NCBI GenBank assembly: GCA_030167145.1
Contig: CP126532.1
Coordinates: 1,710,001 to 1,742,000, forward strand
DNA from: Ktedonobacterales bacterium
Lineage (GTDB): Bacteria; Chloroflexota; Ktedonobacteria; Ktedonobacterales; JADMIN01
DNA length: 32,000 nt
Direction of reading: 5' to 3'
The position numbers and the translations under genes are program-made. Under the pieces are notes generated by a model that searched no databases, had not been told where the DNA came from, and saw only the letters and a program-made list of their open reading frames with translations. This document shows, in pieces, positions 18,462 to 26,021 of this stretch. Every line of letters starts with the position of its first letter. Positions within the stretch are counted from its first letter, which is position 1.

Positions 18462-18627
18462 GTCGCGCCGCTCGTGTGTACGCCTGTACCAGCGCGTGAC
18501 GTGTGCCTGCGTTCATGCGCCGTAACGCTATAGATGGTAGAGGCAGAAGCGTCCGGTGGACACTCTCGTATCGTCACTTTTCGCCCGCTAGTCACTGCGG
18601 ACCAGCGCCACAAGGAGGGCATGTCAC

Positions 18628-19335
18628 ATGCCACAGCACGGTAAGAAGTATCTCGAAGCCGCCAAGCAGGTGGACCCCGACAAGCTGTACGACCCAACTG
18701 AAGCGGTCGCACTGCTCAAGCAGATGAACTTCGTCAAATTCGACCCAACCGTCGAGATGCACATGAAGCTTGGCGTTGATCCGCGCCATGCCGACCAGAT
18801 GGTGCGCGGCACCGCCGCCCTGCCAGCGGGCACGGGCAAAGCGGTCAAGGTGCTGGTCTTCGCCCAGGGCGAGAAAGCCACCGAAGCCGAAAGCGCGGGC
18901 GCCGATTTCGTCGGGCTGGATGACTACATCAAGCAGATCAACGAGGGCTGGCTGGGCTTCGATGTCGCCATCGCCACACCCGATGTGATGAGCAAGGTCG
19001 CTGGCCTGGGCCGCCGCCTTGGCCCGCGCGGCCTGATGCCGAACCCCAAGACCGGCACCGTCACCTTCGACGTCACACGCGCCGTCCGCGAGGTGAAGGC
19101 GGGGCGCGTCGAGTTCCGTGTGGACAAGACCAGCCTGATTCACATGCCCATCGGCAAAGCCTCCTTCAGCGAAGACGACATCATGCGCAATCTGGCCTCC
19201 TCGATTGACGCGATCGTGCGCGCCCGGCCATCGGGCGCGAAGGGGCAGTACGTCAAGAGCGTGGTGCTCTGCTCGACGATGTCGCCGAGCATCCGGCTCG
19301 ATTTGGCCAAGGCGCTCGAACTCAAAGTCGGATAG
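18628..19335 (+). CDS. rplA: 50S ribosomal protein L1
   Basis: [16 protein letters not shown]...[21 protein letters not shown]...; AAGGAGGG SD. A 166-nt spacer separates it from rplK. Confidence 0.97.
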   Translation: MPQHGKKYLEAAKQVDPDKLYDPTEAVALLKQMNFVKFDPTVEMHMKLGVDPRHADQMVRGTAALPAGTGKAVKVLVFAQGEKATEAESAGADFVGLDDYIKQINEGWLGFDVAIATPDVMSKVAGLGRRLGPRGLMPNPKTGTVTFDVTRAVREVKAGRVEFRVDKTSLIHMPIGKASFSEDDIMRNLASSIDAIVRARPSGAKGQYVKSVVLCSTMSPSIRLDLAKALELKVG

Positions 19336-19340
19336 GACTC

Positions 19341-19369
19341 TTGACGGCAGCCAGCGCGGCTGCTATACT
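19341..19369 (+). promoter_or_regulatory. Strong sigma-70-type promoter for rplJL (TTGACG-17-TATACT)
   Basis: TTGACG at 19341-19346, exact 17-nt spacer, TATACT at 19364-19369, immediately after the rplA stop. Confidence 0.65.
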
Positions 19370-19375
19370 GGCAAC

Positions 19376-19722
19376 GATCACAATCGCATAGAAGCCAGAG
19401 ACAGCGGGCGCCCTCCCACCTCCGAGGGCTTAATCAACGGACCTGCCGAGGCGGAGTTACCACAGCAGATTGACCTCCAGTGCAATGCGCCTTTTCAGGC
19501 GGCGCGCGGAGTTGCGGTGGGCCTTCGGGTCGGCGACCTGAGGGCCTTTTTTTGTTGGCCTGGGAATCCAGTGACACCTGTTACCCCCCGGCTGCCACGT
19601 CTCCCCAGCAGAAACGCGATTGCGAACGCACCCAGCGGAAGCGCGCCCACACGGGCGTATGCCGGGCACGGAGCAGGCCAGGCACAGGTTTCCGACTTTT
19701 GCTCTGGAAAGGAACTGTACCA
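19376..19722 (+). promoter_or_regulatory. Long rplJL 5' leader (candidate ribosomal-protein L10 leader) containing an internal intrinsic terminator
   Basis: About 350 nt of non-coding sequence between the promoter and the rplJ ATG. Position and attenuator architecture fit the L10(L12)4 autoregulatory leader known in other bacteria. Sequence-level homology could not be verified by eye. Confidence 0.5.
19520..19553 (+). terminator. Canonical intrinsic terminator/attenuator inside the rplJ leader
   Basis: GGCCTTCGGGTC-GGC-GACCTGAGGGCC (12-bp stem with two G-U pairs) followed by TTTTTTT at 19547-19553. Confidence 0.7.
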
Positions 19723-20259
19723 ATGCCAACAGCAGCCAAAGCCGGTGTCATCGAAGAGATGACCGAAAAGCTTCAGCGTGCGCGTGGGGCGGTGCTCCTG
19801 CAAACCGAAGGCATCACCGTCGCCGAGATCAGCGAGATTCGCCGCCGCCTGAGCAACAACGCGATTGAGTTGCACGTCGTCAAGAACACGTTGCTACGCA
19901 TCGCGTCGGAGCGCGCCGAATACAAGGACATCTCGTCTATCCTGAGCGGGCAGACGACTATCGCCCTCAGCTATGACGACGAGGTTGCCGCCGCTAAGGC
20001 GATTACGGACGTGCTCAAGCAGGTCAAGACCGTCAAGCCGGTGACGATCAAGGCGGGCATTCTCGATAAAGGCCCGATTCCCGCGAGCCAGGTAGATGCG
20101 CTCGCCAAGGTGCCGCCGCGCGAGCAGCTACACGGCCAGATCGTCGGCACACTCATGGGTCCGCTGAATCAAGTCTATGGCGTGCTCACCGCGCCGATGC
20201 GCGATCTGGTCAACGTGCTCGAAGCACGCGCCCGCCAGCTTGGCGAGCAGGCCGCATAG
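19723..20259 (+). CDS. rplJ: 50S ribosomal protein L10
   Basis: MPTAAKAGVIEEMTEKLQRARGAVLLQTEGITVAEISEIRRRL...HVVKNTLLRIA. The track ORF start (19480) lies inside the leader; ATG 19723 follows GGAAAGGAAC. Confidence 0.95.
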   Translation: MPTAAKAGVIEEMTEKLQRARGAVLLQTEGITVAEISEIRRRLSNNAIELHVVKNTLLRIASERAEYKDISSILSGQTTIALSYDDEVAAAKAITDVLKQVKTVKPVTIKAGILDKGPIPASQVDALAKVPPREQLHGQIVGTLMGPLNQVYGVLTAPMRDLVNVLEARARQLGEQAA

Positions 20260-20344
20260 CCTGTCGCCACCGCTTACCGTTCTTTCCAGATAAACCGACA
20301 AACCGACAACACACACCATTCCCAAGCACGGAGGAAAACCGATC

Positions 20345-20740
20345 ATGGCCGTTGATGTCAAGAAAATCATTGAGCAGCTCGATAGCATGAGCGTGCTCGA
20401 CCTCGTAGAGTTGAGCAAGGCCCTGCAAGAGAAGTGGGGCGTCAGCGCCGCGCCGGTGATGGCCGCCGGCATGATGCCCGCCATGGGCGCCGCTGGTGGT
20501 GGCGAAGCCGCTGCTGCCGTCGAAGAGCAGACCGAGTTCACCGTCGTGCTCGCCGAGATCGGCCCGAACAAGATCAACGTGATCAAGGCCGTCCGCGAGC
20601 TGACCGGCCTCGGCCTCAAAGAGGCCAAGGACCTGGTGGATTCCGCTCCCGCCAACATCAAAGAGAACGTGGCCAAGGACGAGGCGAACGCCGCCAAGGC
20701 CAAGCTCGAAGAGGCTGGCGCCAAGGTCACGGTCAAGTAG
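20345..20740 (+). CDS. rplL: 50S ribosomal protein L7/L12
   Basis: N-terminal dimerisation helix, Ala/Gly hinge, C-terminal [22 protein letters not shown]...; GGAGGA SD. Confidence 0.97.
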   Translation: MAVDVKKIIEQLDSMSVLDLVELSKALQEKWGVSAAPVMAAGMMPAMGAAGGGEAAAAVEEQTEFTVVLAEIGPNKINVIKAVRELTGLGLKEAKDLVDSAPANIKENVAKDEANAAKAKLEEAGAKVTVK

Positions 20741-20761
20741 CCTCAGCGCGCAACCACTCGC

Positions 20762-20794
20762 AAGCGCCCACCGTGTTGATCGCGGCGGGCGCTT
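20762..20794. terminator. Hairpin between the convergent rplL and AlaRS-like genes (shared terminator candidate)
   Basis: AAGCGCCC / GGGCGCTT 8-bp stem, extendable by CCG/CGG, followed on the plus strand by TTTGTCT. It abuts the AlaRS-like stop at 20798. Confidence 0.5.
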
Positions 20795-20797
20795 TGT

Positions 20798-22153
20798 CTA
20801 CGCCGTCTGGGACTGCGCGCCCGTGCCCACACGGCTAATCGCCCGATGTTCCGCGAACGCGCGCTCGTACTCTGGCCAGCGCACAGTGATGCCGCGCTCC
20901 GCCAGCACCTCCGCCGCCAGATCCGCCGGGAAGCCGCGCTCTGCGTGCAGCACGAAGAGGCGCTCGCCCGCCACCGTGCCATCGTCGTCGGGCCGGATGC
21001 GCTCGACCTCGCGCAGACCCGTCGCCAGCACCCGCGCGAAGCGTCGCTCTTCGTCGCCCAGCGTGCGCGCAATCTCCAGCGCGCGTTCACGCTCACGCGG
21101 CGTCAGCAGCGTGCCATGCCCCGCCACCAGCGGCGCGACCAGCTCGCCCAGGAATGGCTGGCGCAGCCCCAGCACATAGCCCTGCCGCGCCGCCCGCCGG
21201 ATCAGCCGCCGGACGACCGAACCGCGTCCATCGCGCCCCGGTGTGACCCCTGCCAGCCCCGCCAGCAGCGCCGTCCGCGTGTGGTCCAGAATCATCCGCA
21301 CCGCGCGCGTCTCACTCGCGCCGTCAGAGATGCCGGATGGCGCTAACTCGCGCAGCCGCCGCAGCGCGGGCGCGAACAGGTCGGTTTCGTAGACCGAGAG
21401 CACGCCCTGCATGACCGCCGCGACGCGCTCCAGTCCCATGCCGGTATCCACACTCCGAATTGGCAGCGGCTCATAGCCGCCATCTGGCCGCTGCTCGAAC
21501 TCGCTGAAGACCAGATTCCAGATCTCCAGAAAGCGCTCGCAGCTACACCCTGGACGGCACTCCGGCTTGCCGCAGCCCACCGCCTCGCCGCGATCCACAA
21601 AGATTTCGCTATCTGGCCCGCAGGGGCCAGGGCCGCCAGTGCTCCAGAAGTTATCGTCCATCTCCAGCGGCACAATGCGCGACTCTGGCATGCCCACGCG
21701 CCGCCACTCCTCCACCGCTACTTCATCTCGCGCCAGCCCCAGCGACGGCTCGCCCGCGAACGTCGTCACCCAGAGCGACGAACGCTCCACGCCGAAGCAG
21801 TCTAGCAGGTCCAGCGCCAGCGCAATCGCCTCGCGCCGGGTATAGTCGCCGATGGACCAATTGCCCAGCATGTGGAAACTGGTCAGCTTGCGCCCATTTG
21901 TCCCTACCGCATCAATATCATCGGTTCGCAGGCAGCGCTGGAGGTCGGTCAGGCGTGGCGCGGGCGGCGCGACCTGCCCACGCAGGTACGGCATCAGCGG
22001 CTGCATGCCCGCGACCACGAAGAGCGTCGTGCCGTCAGGCACAACCAGCGGACTCCCCGGAATCTCCAGATGCCCGCGTTCACGGAAGAACGCCAGATAC
22101 GTTTCGACGATCTCTGGCGCCGTCCAAATCTTGCGCTTGTTCTCAGTTGTCAT
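20798..22153 (-). CDS. Stand-alone alanyl-tRNA synthetase catalytic core (aminoacylation plus tRNA-recognition domains only; no editing or C-Ala domains), 451 aa
   Basis: Conserved AlaRS blocks along the whole length: TLFVVAGMQPLMPY, QRCLRTDD, FHMLGNWSIGDY, GPCGPDSEIFVDRG, RFLEIWNLVFSEFEQ, DTGMGLERVAAVMQGV, RGSVVRRLIRRAARQG, and a terminal helical region ending where the classical active N-terminal AlaRS fragment ends. ATG 22153 preceded by GGGAGAG; the track start (22168) is a TTG. Confidence 0.85.
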   Translation of the reverse strand: MTTENKRKIWTAPEIVETYLAFFRERGHLEIPGSPLVVPDGTTLFVVAGMQPLMPYLRGQVAPPAPRLTDLQRCLRTDDIDAVGTNGRKLTSFHMLGNWSIGDYTRREAIALALDLLDCFGVERSSLWVTTFAGEPSLGLARDEVAVEEWRRVGMPESRIVPLEMDDNFWSTGGPGPCGPDSEIFVDRGEAVGCGKPECRPGCSCERFLEIWNLVFSEFEQRPDGGYEPLPIRSVDTGMGLERVAAVMQGVLSVYETDLFAPALRRLRELAPSGISDGASETRAVRMILDHTRTALLAGLAGVTPGRDGRGSVVRRLIRRAARQGYVLGLRQPFLGELVAPLVAGHGTLLTPRERERALEIARTLGDEERRFARVLATGLREVERIRPDDDGTVAGERLFVLHAERGFPADLAAEVLAERGITVRWPEYERAFAEHRAISRVGTGAQSQTA

Positions 22154-22240
22154 GGCCAACTCTCCCAATGCTCTTGATGGCAGAGTCGCCTCGTCGTCTT
22201 ACGCAAGTATGGCGCGAACGTGTGGCTCATGTTCGCGCCC

Positions 22241-22280
22241 AAACGAAAAGCCCGCCGCGAGCCATACGCTCGGGGCGGGC
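22241..22280 (-). terminator. T-box terminator hairpin
   Basis: Minus strand GCCCGCC-CCGAGCGTATGGCTCGC-GGCGGGC followed by TTTTCGTTT. Confidence 0.8.
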
Positions 22281-22602
22281 CTGTACAATGCCCGTGGTAC
22301 CACCCTGCTTGGCAGCCATCAGCGCACACATGCGCTGGCTGGCTACCCACTCTGCGAGCACGGAGCGCTGATCGCACGCTCGATGCCCCGCCCCATGATA
22401 ACGGAGGGCTACCGGCGGATACTACTGGCTGCGCGGCATATCTGCCCCACAGCGTTCGCTCCGCGTCGCGATCCGGCGGACTCTACGCGCCGAACCTGAG
22501 GGCGGCTTCGACACCACACGTGACGCCAGGCTTACACCATCCCCTGGCTCGCTGCTGTCCGCGCTGTGCCTACTCGTCCCTCGCGACGAAGCTCTATTGA
22601 AC
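22241..22602 (-). promoter_or_regulatory. T-box riboswitch leader, alanine-specific (GCC specifier), transcription-attenuation type
   Basis: Minus strand. Stem I has a specifier internal loop (5' side ACGAGUA; 3' side GAA-GCC-G, with GCC being the complement of 22504-22506) closed by GAGGG/CCCUC and GGCAC/GUGUC; an AGCGA bulge and a GGUGUAA distal loop; Stem III CAGCGCA-UGUG-UGCGCUG; and the T-box AGCAGGGUGGUACCACGGGC (complement of 22291-22310). The antiterminator 3' strand GCCCGCCC is shared with the terminator 5' arm. Confidence 0.85.
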
Positions 22603-22608
22603 CAGTGC

Positions 22609-22638
22609 AGTATACTGGATGAAGGCTGGTTTCGTCAA
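22609..22638 (-). promoter_or_regulatory. Sigma-70-type promoter driving the T-box leader (TTGACG-18-TATACT)
   Basis: The minus strand reads TTGACG AAACCAGCCTTCATCCAG TATACT. Confidence 0.6.
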
Positions 22639-22804
22639 GCCTGCCCCTGGCGGTGGTGCGACCTTGCCACTTACCACACCACGTACCATCCCACTGCTCG
22701 CTTAAATAACTGCACTCACACGCTCTTGCACTCTTCGGCATGTTTCGTGCATCTCCACGCCGCACGAAGTGCTAGCCGCGCCGTGTGGCGAAAGGGTACG
22801 ACCT

Positions 22805-23752
22805 ATGCGCGACGCCAGGCATACCGGGCCAACTGGGCATCTCTGGAACGCAAGGGGCGCTGCTCGCCGCACCGTGCCAGTGTGGCAGCCGTCGCCACAC
22901 GGCGCGCGCTGGCGTGGGCGTCCGAGCAGACTGCGCACCTTCGCCCAGATCGTGGCCTTCTGCCTAATCTGGGCTGGCTTGCTGATCTGGCCCGCGCCGC
23001 AACTCGCCTCGTTCGCTAGCGTACATGGCTATCAGCTCCTCACCAGCCTTGGCGGCAAGGCGGTAAGCAATCTCTTTACCCCGGCCGGAGACACACACCA
23101 ATACTGGCAGGTCGGCCTGCAAGCCACCCTCAGCGACGCCCATACCACCGGCATGCGCGCTACCATCCAGACACGCGTGCCCCAGCGCCCTAGCGCCGAC
23201 ACAACGAACTACTACTGGACCGGCTCGTACCTGAGCGATGGCAGCTTCGTCCAGGTTGGCTACTACGTCGCCTGGTATGACACCAACCACGCGGGCTGGT
23301 TCTATTGCGCCTATGATGCCCACAACCAGCAAGGGCCGTGCAAATATGGCACACCCGGATCGGCTGGCGCGGATGGCTCGCTCCACAGCTATGCGCTGGA
23401 ATCCACCACGAAAGACGGCCATGTGACCTGGACGGCGCTGGTAGATGGCGTGTCCACCGGCTCATTCGGCTGGACCACAGGCGAGAGCGGCATGAACACC
23501 CCCGCGCTCTACGCCGAATCCTCCGGCTTCTCCGCGCATCCGGCTTCCAGCCAGCTTGGCCCGGTCAGCTTCCCCACCGGCCTCGATCTGCGCCTCAGCG
23601 GGCAATCGTCATATCAGCATGCGGCGCGGCTCATCCCCGTCTACAGCGCCGCCAATGTCTGCCCGCCCTACGGCATCAAGTCCGATGGCCAGGGCGGCGC
23701 GCTGCTCGGCAGCGGTCTACCGTGCCCCAGCCCGCTCGCCCCACTCAGCTAG
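22805..23752 (+). CDS. Secreted hypothetical protein (Sec signal peptide; Trp/Tyr/Gly/Ser-rich, probably all-beta)
   Basis: Arg-rich n-region, hydrophobic core FAQIVAFCLIWAGLLIW and an AxA-like site ASFA-SV. The mature part has no motif I can assign with certainty. Start uncertain: ATG 22805 with a weak SD, or GTG 22769 in the track. Confidence 0.6.
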   Translation: MRDARHTGPTGHLWNARGAARRTVPVWQPSPHGARWRGRPSRLRTFAQIVAFCLIWAGLLIWPAPQLASFASVHGYQLLTSLGGKAVSNLFTPAGDTHQYWQVGLQATLSDAHTTGMRATIQTRVPQRPSADTTNYYWTGSYLSDGSFVQVGYYVAWYDTNHAGWFYCAYDAHNQQGPCKYGTPGSAGADGSLHSYALESTTKDGHVTWTALVDGVSTGSFGWTTGESGMNTPALYAESSGFSAHPASSQLGPVSFPTGLDLRLSGQSSYQHAARLIPVYSAANVCPPYGIKSDGQGGALLGSGLPCPSPLAPLS

Positions 23753-23758
23753 GGGATG

Positions 23759-24244
23759 CTACCGTTGCCAGCCATGCGACTGCAATCCCGCCAGCAGCGC
23801 GAACGCCCCCACGACAACGCAGCCAAGCGCGATCAACCCCACGAAACAGGCCCCCCCCAGGCTCAGCGCATGCAAAGCGATCTGGCTGGCGAAATGCTCA
23901 CGCGACGCCGCCGCTATTGGCGACACGCCGAACTGCCCCAGCAGGAAGACCAGCAGCACACCGCCCCATGCCAGCGCCAGCAGCGCCAACCCCACGAGCA
24001 ACCGCACGCCCTGGAGGTACCACGGCGGGCGCAAATCCAGCCCCGTGCGCGGCGTGGTATCTTCCGCCAGCGCCGCCTCACCCTGCTCATCCTGCGCGTC
24101 GCGCCTCTGCCGCGCCCGTCCAATCCGCAGCGGCGGCAACGTGCGCATGCGCGGCTTGCGCCGCACACCACTCGCAGCCGCGGGCTTCGCGTCTGGATTC
24201 ACCGCATCTTGGGGAGTTTCGTCACTCGAAGTCGCCATAGCCAT
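23759..24244 (-). CDS. Small membrane protein (charged N-terminus plus 2-3 TM helices), last gene of the envelope cluster
   Basis: TM segments LLVGLALLALAWGGVLLVFLLG and LSLGGACFVGLIALGCVVVGAFALLAGL. Co-directional with the two upstream genes. The competing plus-strand ORFs are Pro/Arg/Ala-rich shadow frames. Start at ATG 24244 or 24238; the SD is weak. Confidence 0.55.
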   Translation of the reverse strand: MAMATSSDETPQDAVNPDAKPAAASGVRRKPRMRTLPPLRIGRARQRRDAQDEQGEAALAEDTTPRTGLDLRPPWYLQGVRLLVGLALLALAWGGVLLVFLLGQFGVSPIAAASREHFASQIALHALSLGGACFVGLIALGCVVVGAFALLAGLQSHGWQR

Positions 24245-24365
24245 AGCTGCCCATCGCCCCAACGTGACCGCGCGGCGCAAGGTTGCGGGCGCATATCACC
24301 ATCATCCGCTCACCCCTACGGTATCGCAAAATCCATGGCGCGTCAAAGGCAACATAGGTGCAGCA

Positions 24366-25952
24366 TCATGCAGGCAAGAGCGACTCCCCCCAGATGGTCA
24401 CGCGGCTGGAGAAATAGTCCACGACGGCAAGCTGTTTGCCCGTTGGCGACCACGCGAAGAACGGCGCATCCCCACCGCTAAGGCTCCCGTTGGGGGCCGG
24501 CCGGTCCGCTTTGAGTTTGGCGACCACCTGCCCCGTCGCTGTGCTGTAGAGCGTGATGGTGATCGTTGGTCCGTTGCCATCGAAGCCGTCGCCCGGCAGC
24601 ATCACCGCAAGGAGCTTCCCATCTGGCCGCCACGCAACAGTGAAGCCGTTCATGTACAGAGTAGCATTGATACTGTGCTGATTCTGCTCGATGCCATCCC
24701 TGATAAGCTTTGCCGCTGCAGCAAATGCGGGATCGGGATAGGGAACGGGTTTCGATGTGCAAGCGGGCATGAGGCGATAAGAGTGGCAGGCGCGGCTATC
24801 CGGCTGTAGCGGCTTGCCATCACTGGACGGGAGCAAACCAGCCAGGGCGAGCGTGAATACAAGGAAGCGGCCATCAGGTGACCAGAGGGTCGGAGCAGAG
24901 TCATAGAGATAGAAGGATGGCGGCGTTGAACCATCGGCGGGCGGATTGCCATCCTTATCCAGCGCCTGCACGGGCCGCAACGTGCCCGGCTGCCAAAAGG
25001 GAATCGTAGTGGCGGCTGGCGTAGTCACGGGGCTGCCCGTATACCCACCGGTTGGCGACGCCGGAAGCGCGGTATCTACGACGAGATGCCCATTAGCGCT
25101 CCAACGATAGCTCACCGCTGGCGACAGCGCATCCGGGTTGATGCTCGCGACCGCGTGCTGTTGCAGGTCCCACACCAGACTGGTATGAAACGTAAGCGCC
25201 GGATAAGACAGTTTCGGCCCATCTATGAACTGCGCATCGCCATCCGCGACTGGCACGATCAGCAGCCCCGCGCGAGGCGGCGCAATCGCCAAACTTGGAT
25301 CGTAGTTCACCAGGAAGATGAGCGCTCTGCCATCCGGCGTCCACGTGAAGGTATCCACCCCGCCAATGCCATTTACCGTTGCGCCAAACCGCGTCAAGAG
25401 TTGCGCTACTGGAATCTGGCGCAGTAATGTCCCGGAGTGCGCAGCCACGATTGCTATCGCGGCAGGCGCATTAGGGCCATAACATGATGAGGCGTTGTTG
25501 TTGCCAGCGCCGCGAATCGCCAGCTCCTTCCCGTCTGGCGACCACACCATCTCCATAGGGCAGGGCACGCCATACTTCGAGGTATCTATTGCCAGCGGCT
25601 TCGTCACAAGCGCATGGGGTACGACGGTTGGCGCAGGCGTATGGCGCACAAAGCGCAGATATATCCCTGTCCCCGCCACGAGCACCACCACAGCCAGCAG
25701 CGCGCTCAGCAGCGCCAGTCCGCGCCGTGACCTCACCAACGACCCGGAACGCGGCGGACGCAGCGACACGCGCTCCCGTCTCAATGATGCCAGTGCGGAA
25801 TCAGCAGGCGTCATACCCGCGCTTGCACCCTCCTGTTGTGCCAGCGCGCGCAGGGCGTCTAGCCGCCGTTCCCGATCCTGCTCGGCCCATGTTGTCTCGG
25901 AATGCGTCGCGGGCATTGGTGTTGTCTCAGGCGTCTGATGCTCATGTTCCAT
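24366..25952 (-). CDS. Single-pass membrane protein with extracytoplasmic PD40/TolB-like beta-propeller repeats
   Basis: Cytoplasmic N-terminus of about 95 aa, TM LALLSALLAVVVLVAGTGIYL, then recurring blades VWSPDGKELAI, TWTPDGRALIF, LWSPDGRFLVF, AWRPDGKLLAV, AWSPTGKQLAV. ATG 25952 preceded by GGAAGGGGG. Confidence 0.8.
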   Translation of the reverse strand: MEHEHQTPETTPMPATHSETTWAEQDRERRLDALRALAQQEGASAGMTPADSALASLRRERVSLRPPRSGSLVRSRRGLALLSALLAVVVLVAGTGIYLRFVRHTPAPTVVPHALVTKPLAIDTSKYGVPCPMEMVWSPDGKELAIRGAGNNNASSCYGPNAPAAIAIVAAHSGTLLRQIPVAQLLTRFGATVNGIGGVDTFTWTPDGRALIFLVNYDPSLAIAPPRAGLLIVPVADGDAQFIDGPKLSYPALTFHTSLVWDLQQHAVASINPDALSPAVSYRWSANGHLVVDTALPASPTGGYTGSPVTTPAATTIPFWQPGTLRPVQALDKDGNPPADGSTPPSFYLYDSAPTLWSPDGRFLVFTLALAGLLPSSDGKPLQPDSRACHSYRLMPACTSKPVPYPDPAFAAAAKLIRDGIEQNQHSINATLYMNGFTVAWRPDGKLLAVMLPGDGFDGNGPTITITLYSTATGQVVAKLKADRPAPNGSLSGGDAPFFAWSPTGKQLAVVDYFSSRVTIWGESLLPA

Positions 25953-26021
25953 TGCTCGCCCCCTTCCTGGCATGCTCTCCGCTTGCGCCACCAGCGATAG
26001 GACGAACAACTCCGGCGAGAT

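Noticed and set aside
22220-22600. Several plus- and minus-strand ORFs (60-215 aa) covering 21852-22765
   Set aside because: The region is fully explained by the AlaRS-like 5' end and the T-box leader. The ORF translations are Arg/Pro/Ala-rich.
23338-24809. 300-aa and 417-aa plus-strand ORFs (23338-24240, 23556-24809)
   Set aside because: Pro/Arg/Ala-rich low-complexity translations overlapping minus-strand genes that encode coherent TM helices and WSPDG propeller blades. Judged to be shadow frames.
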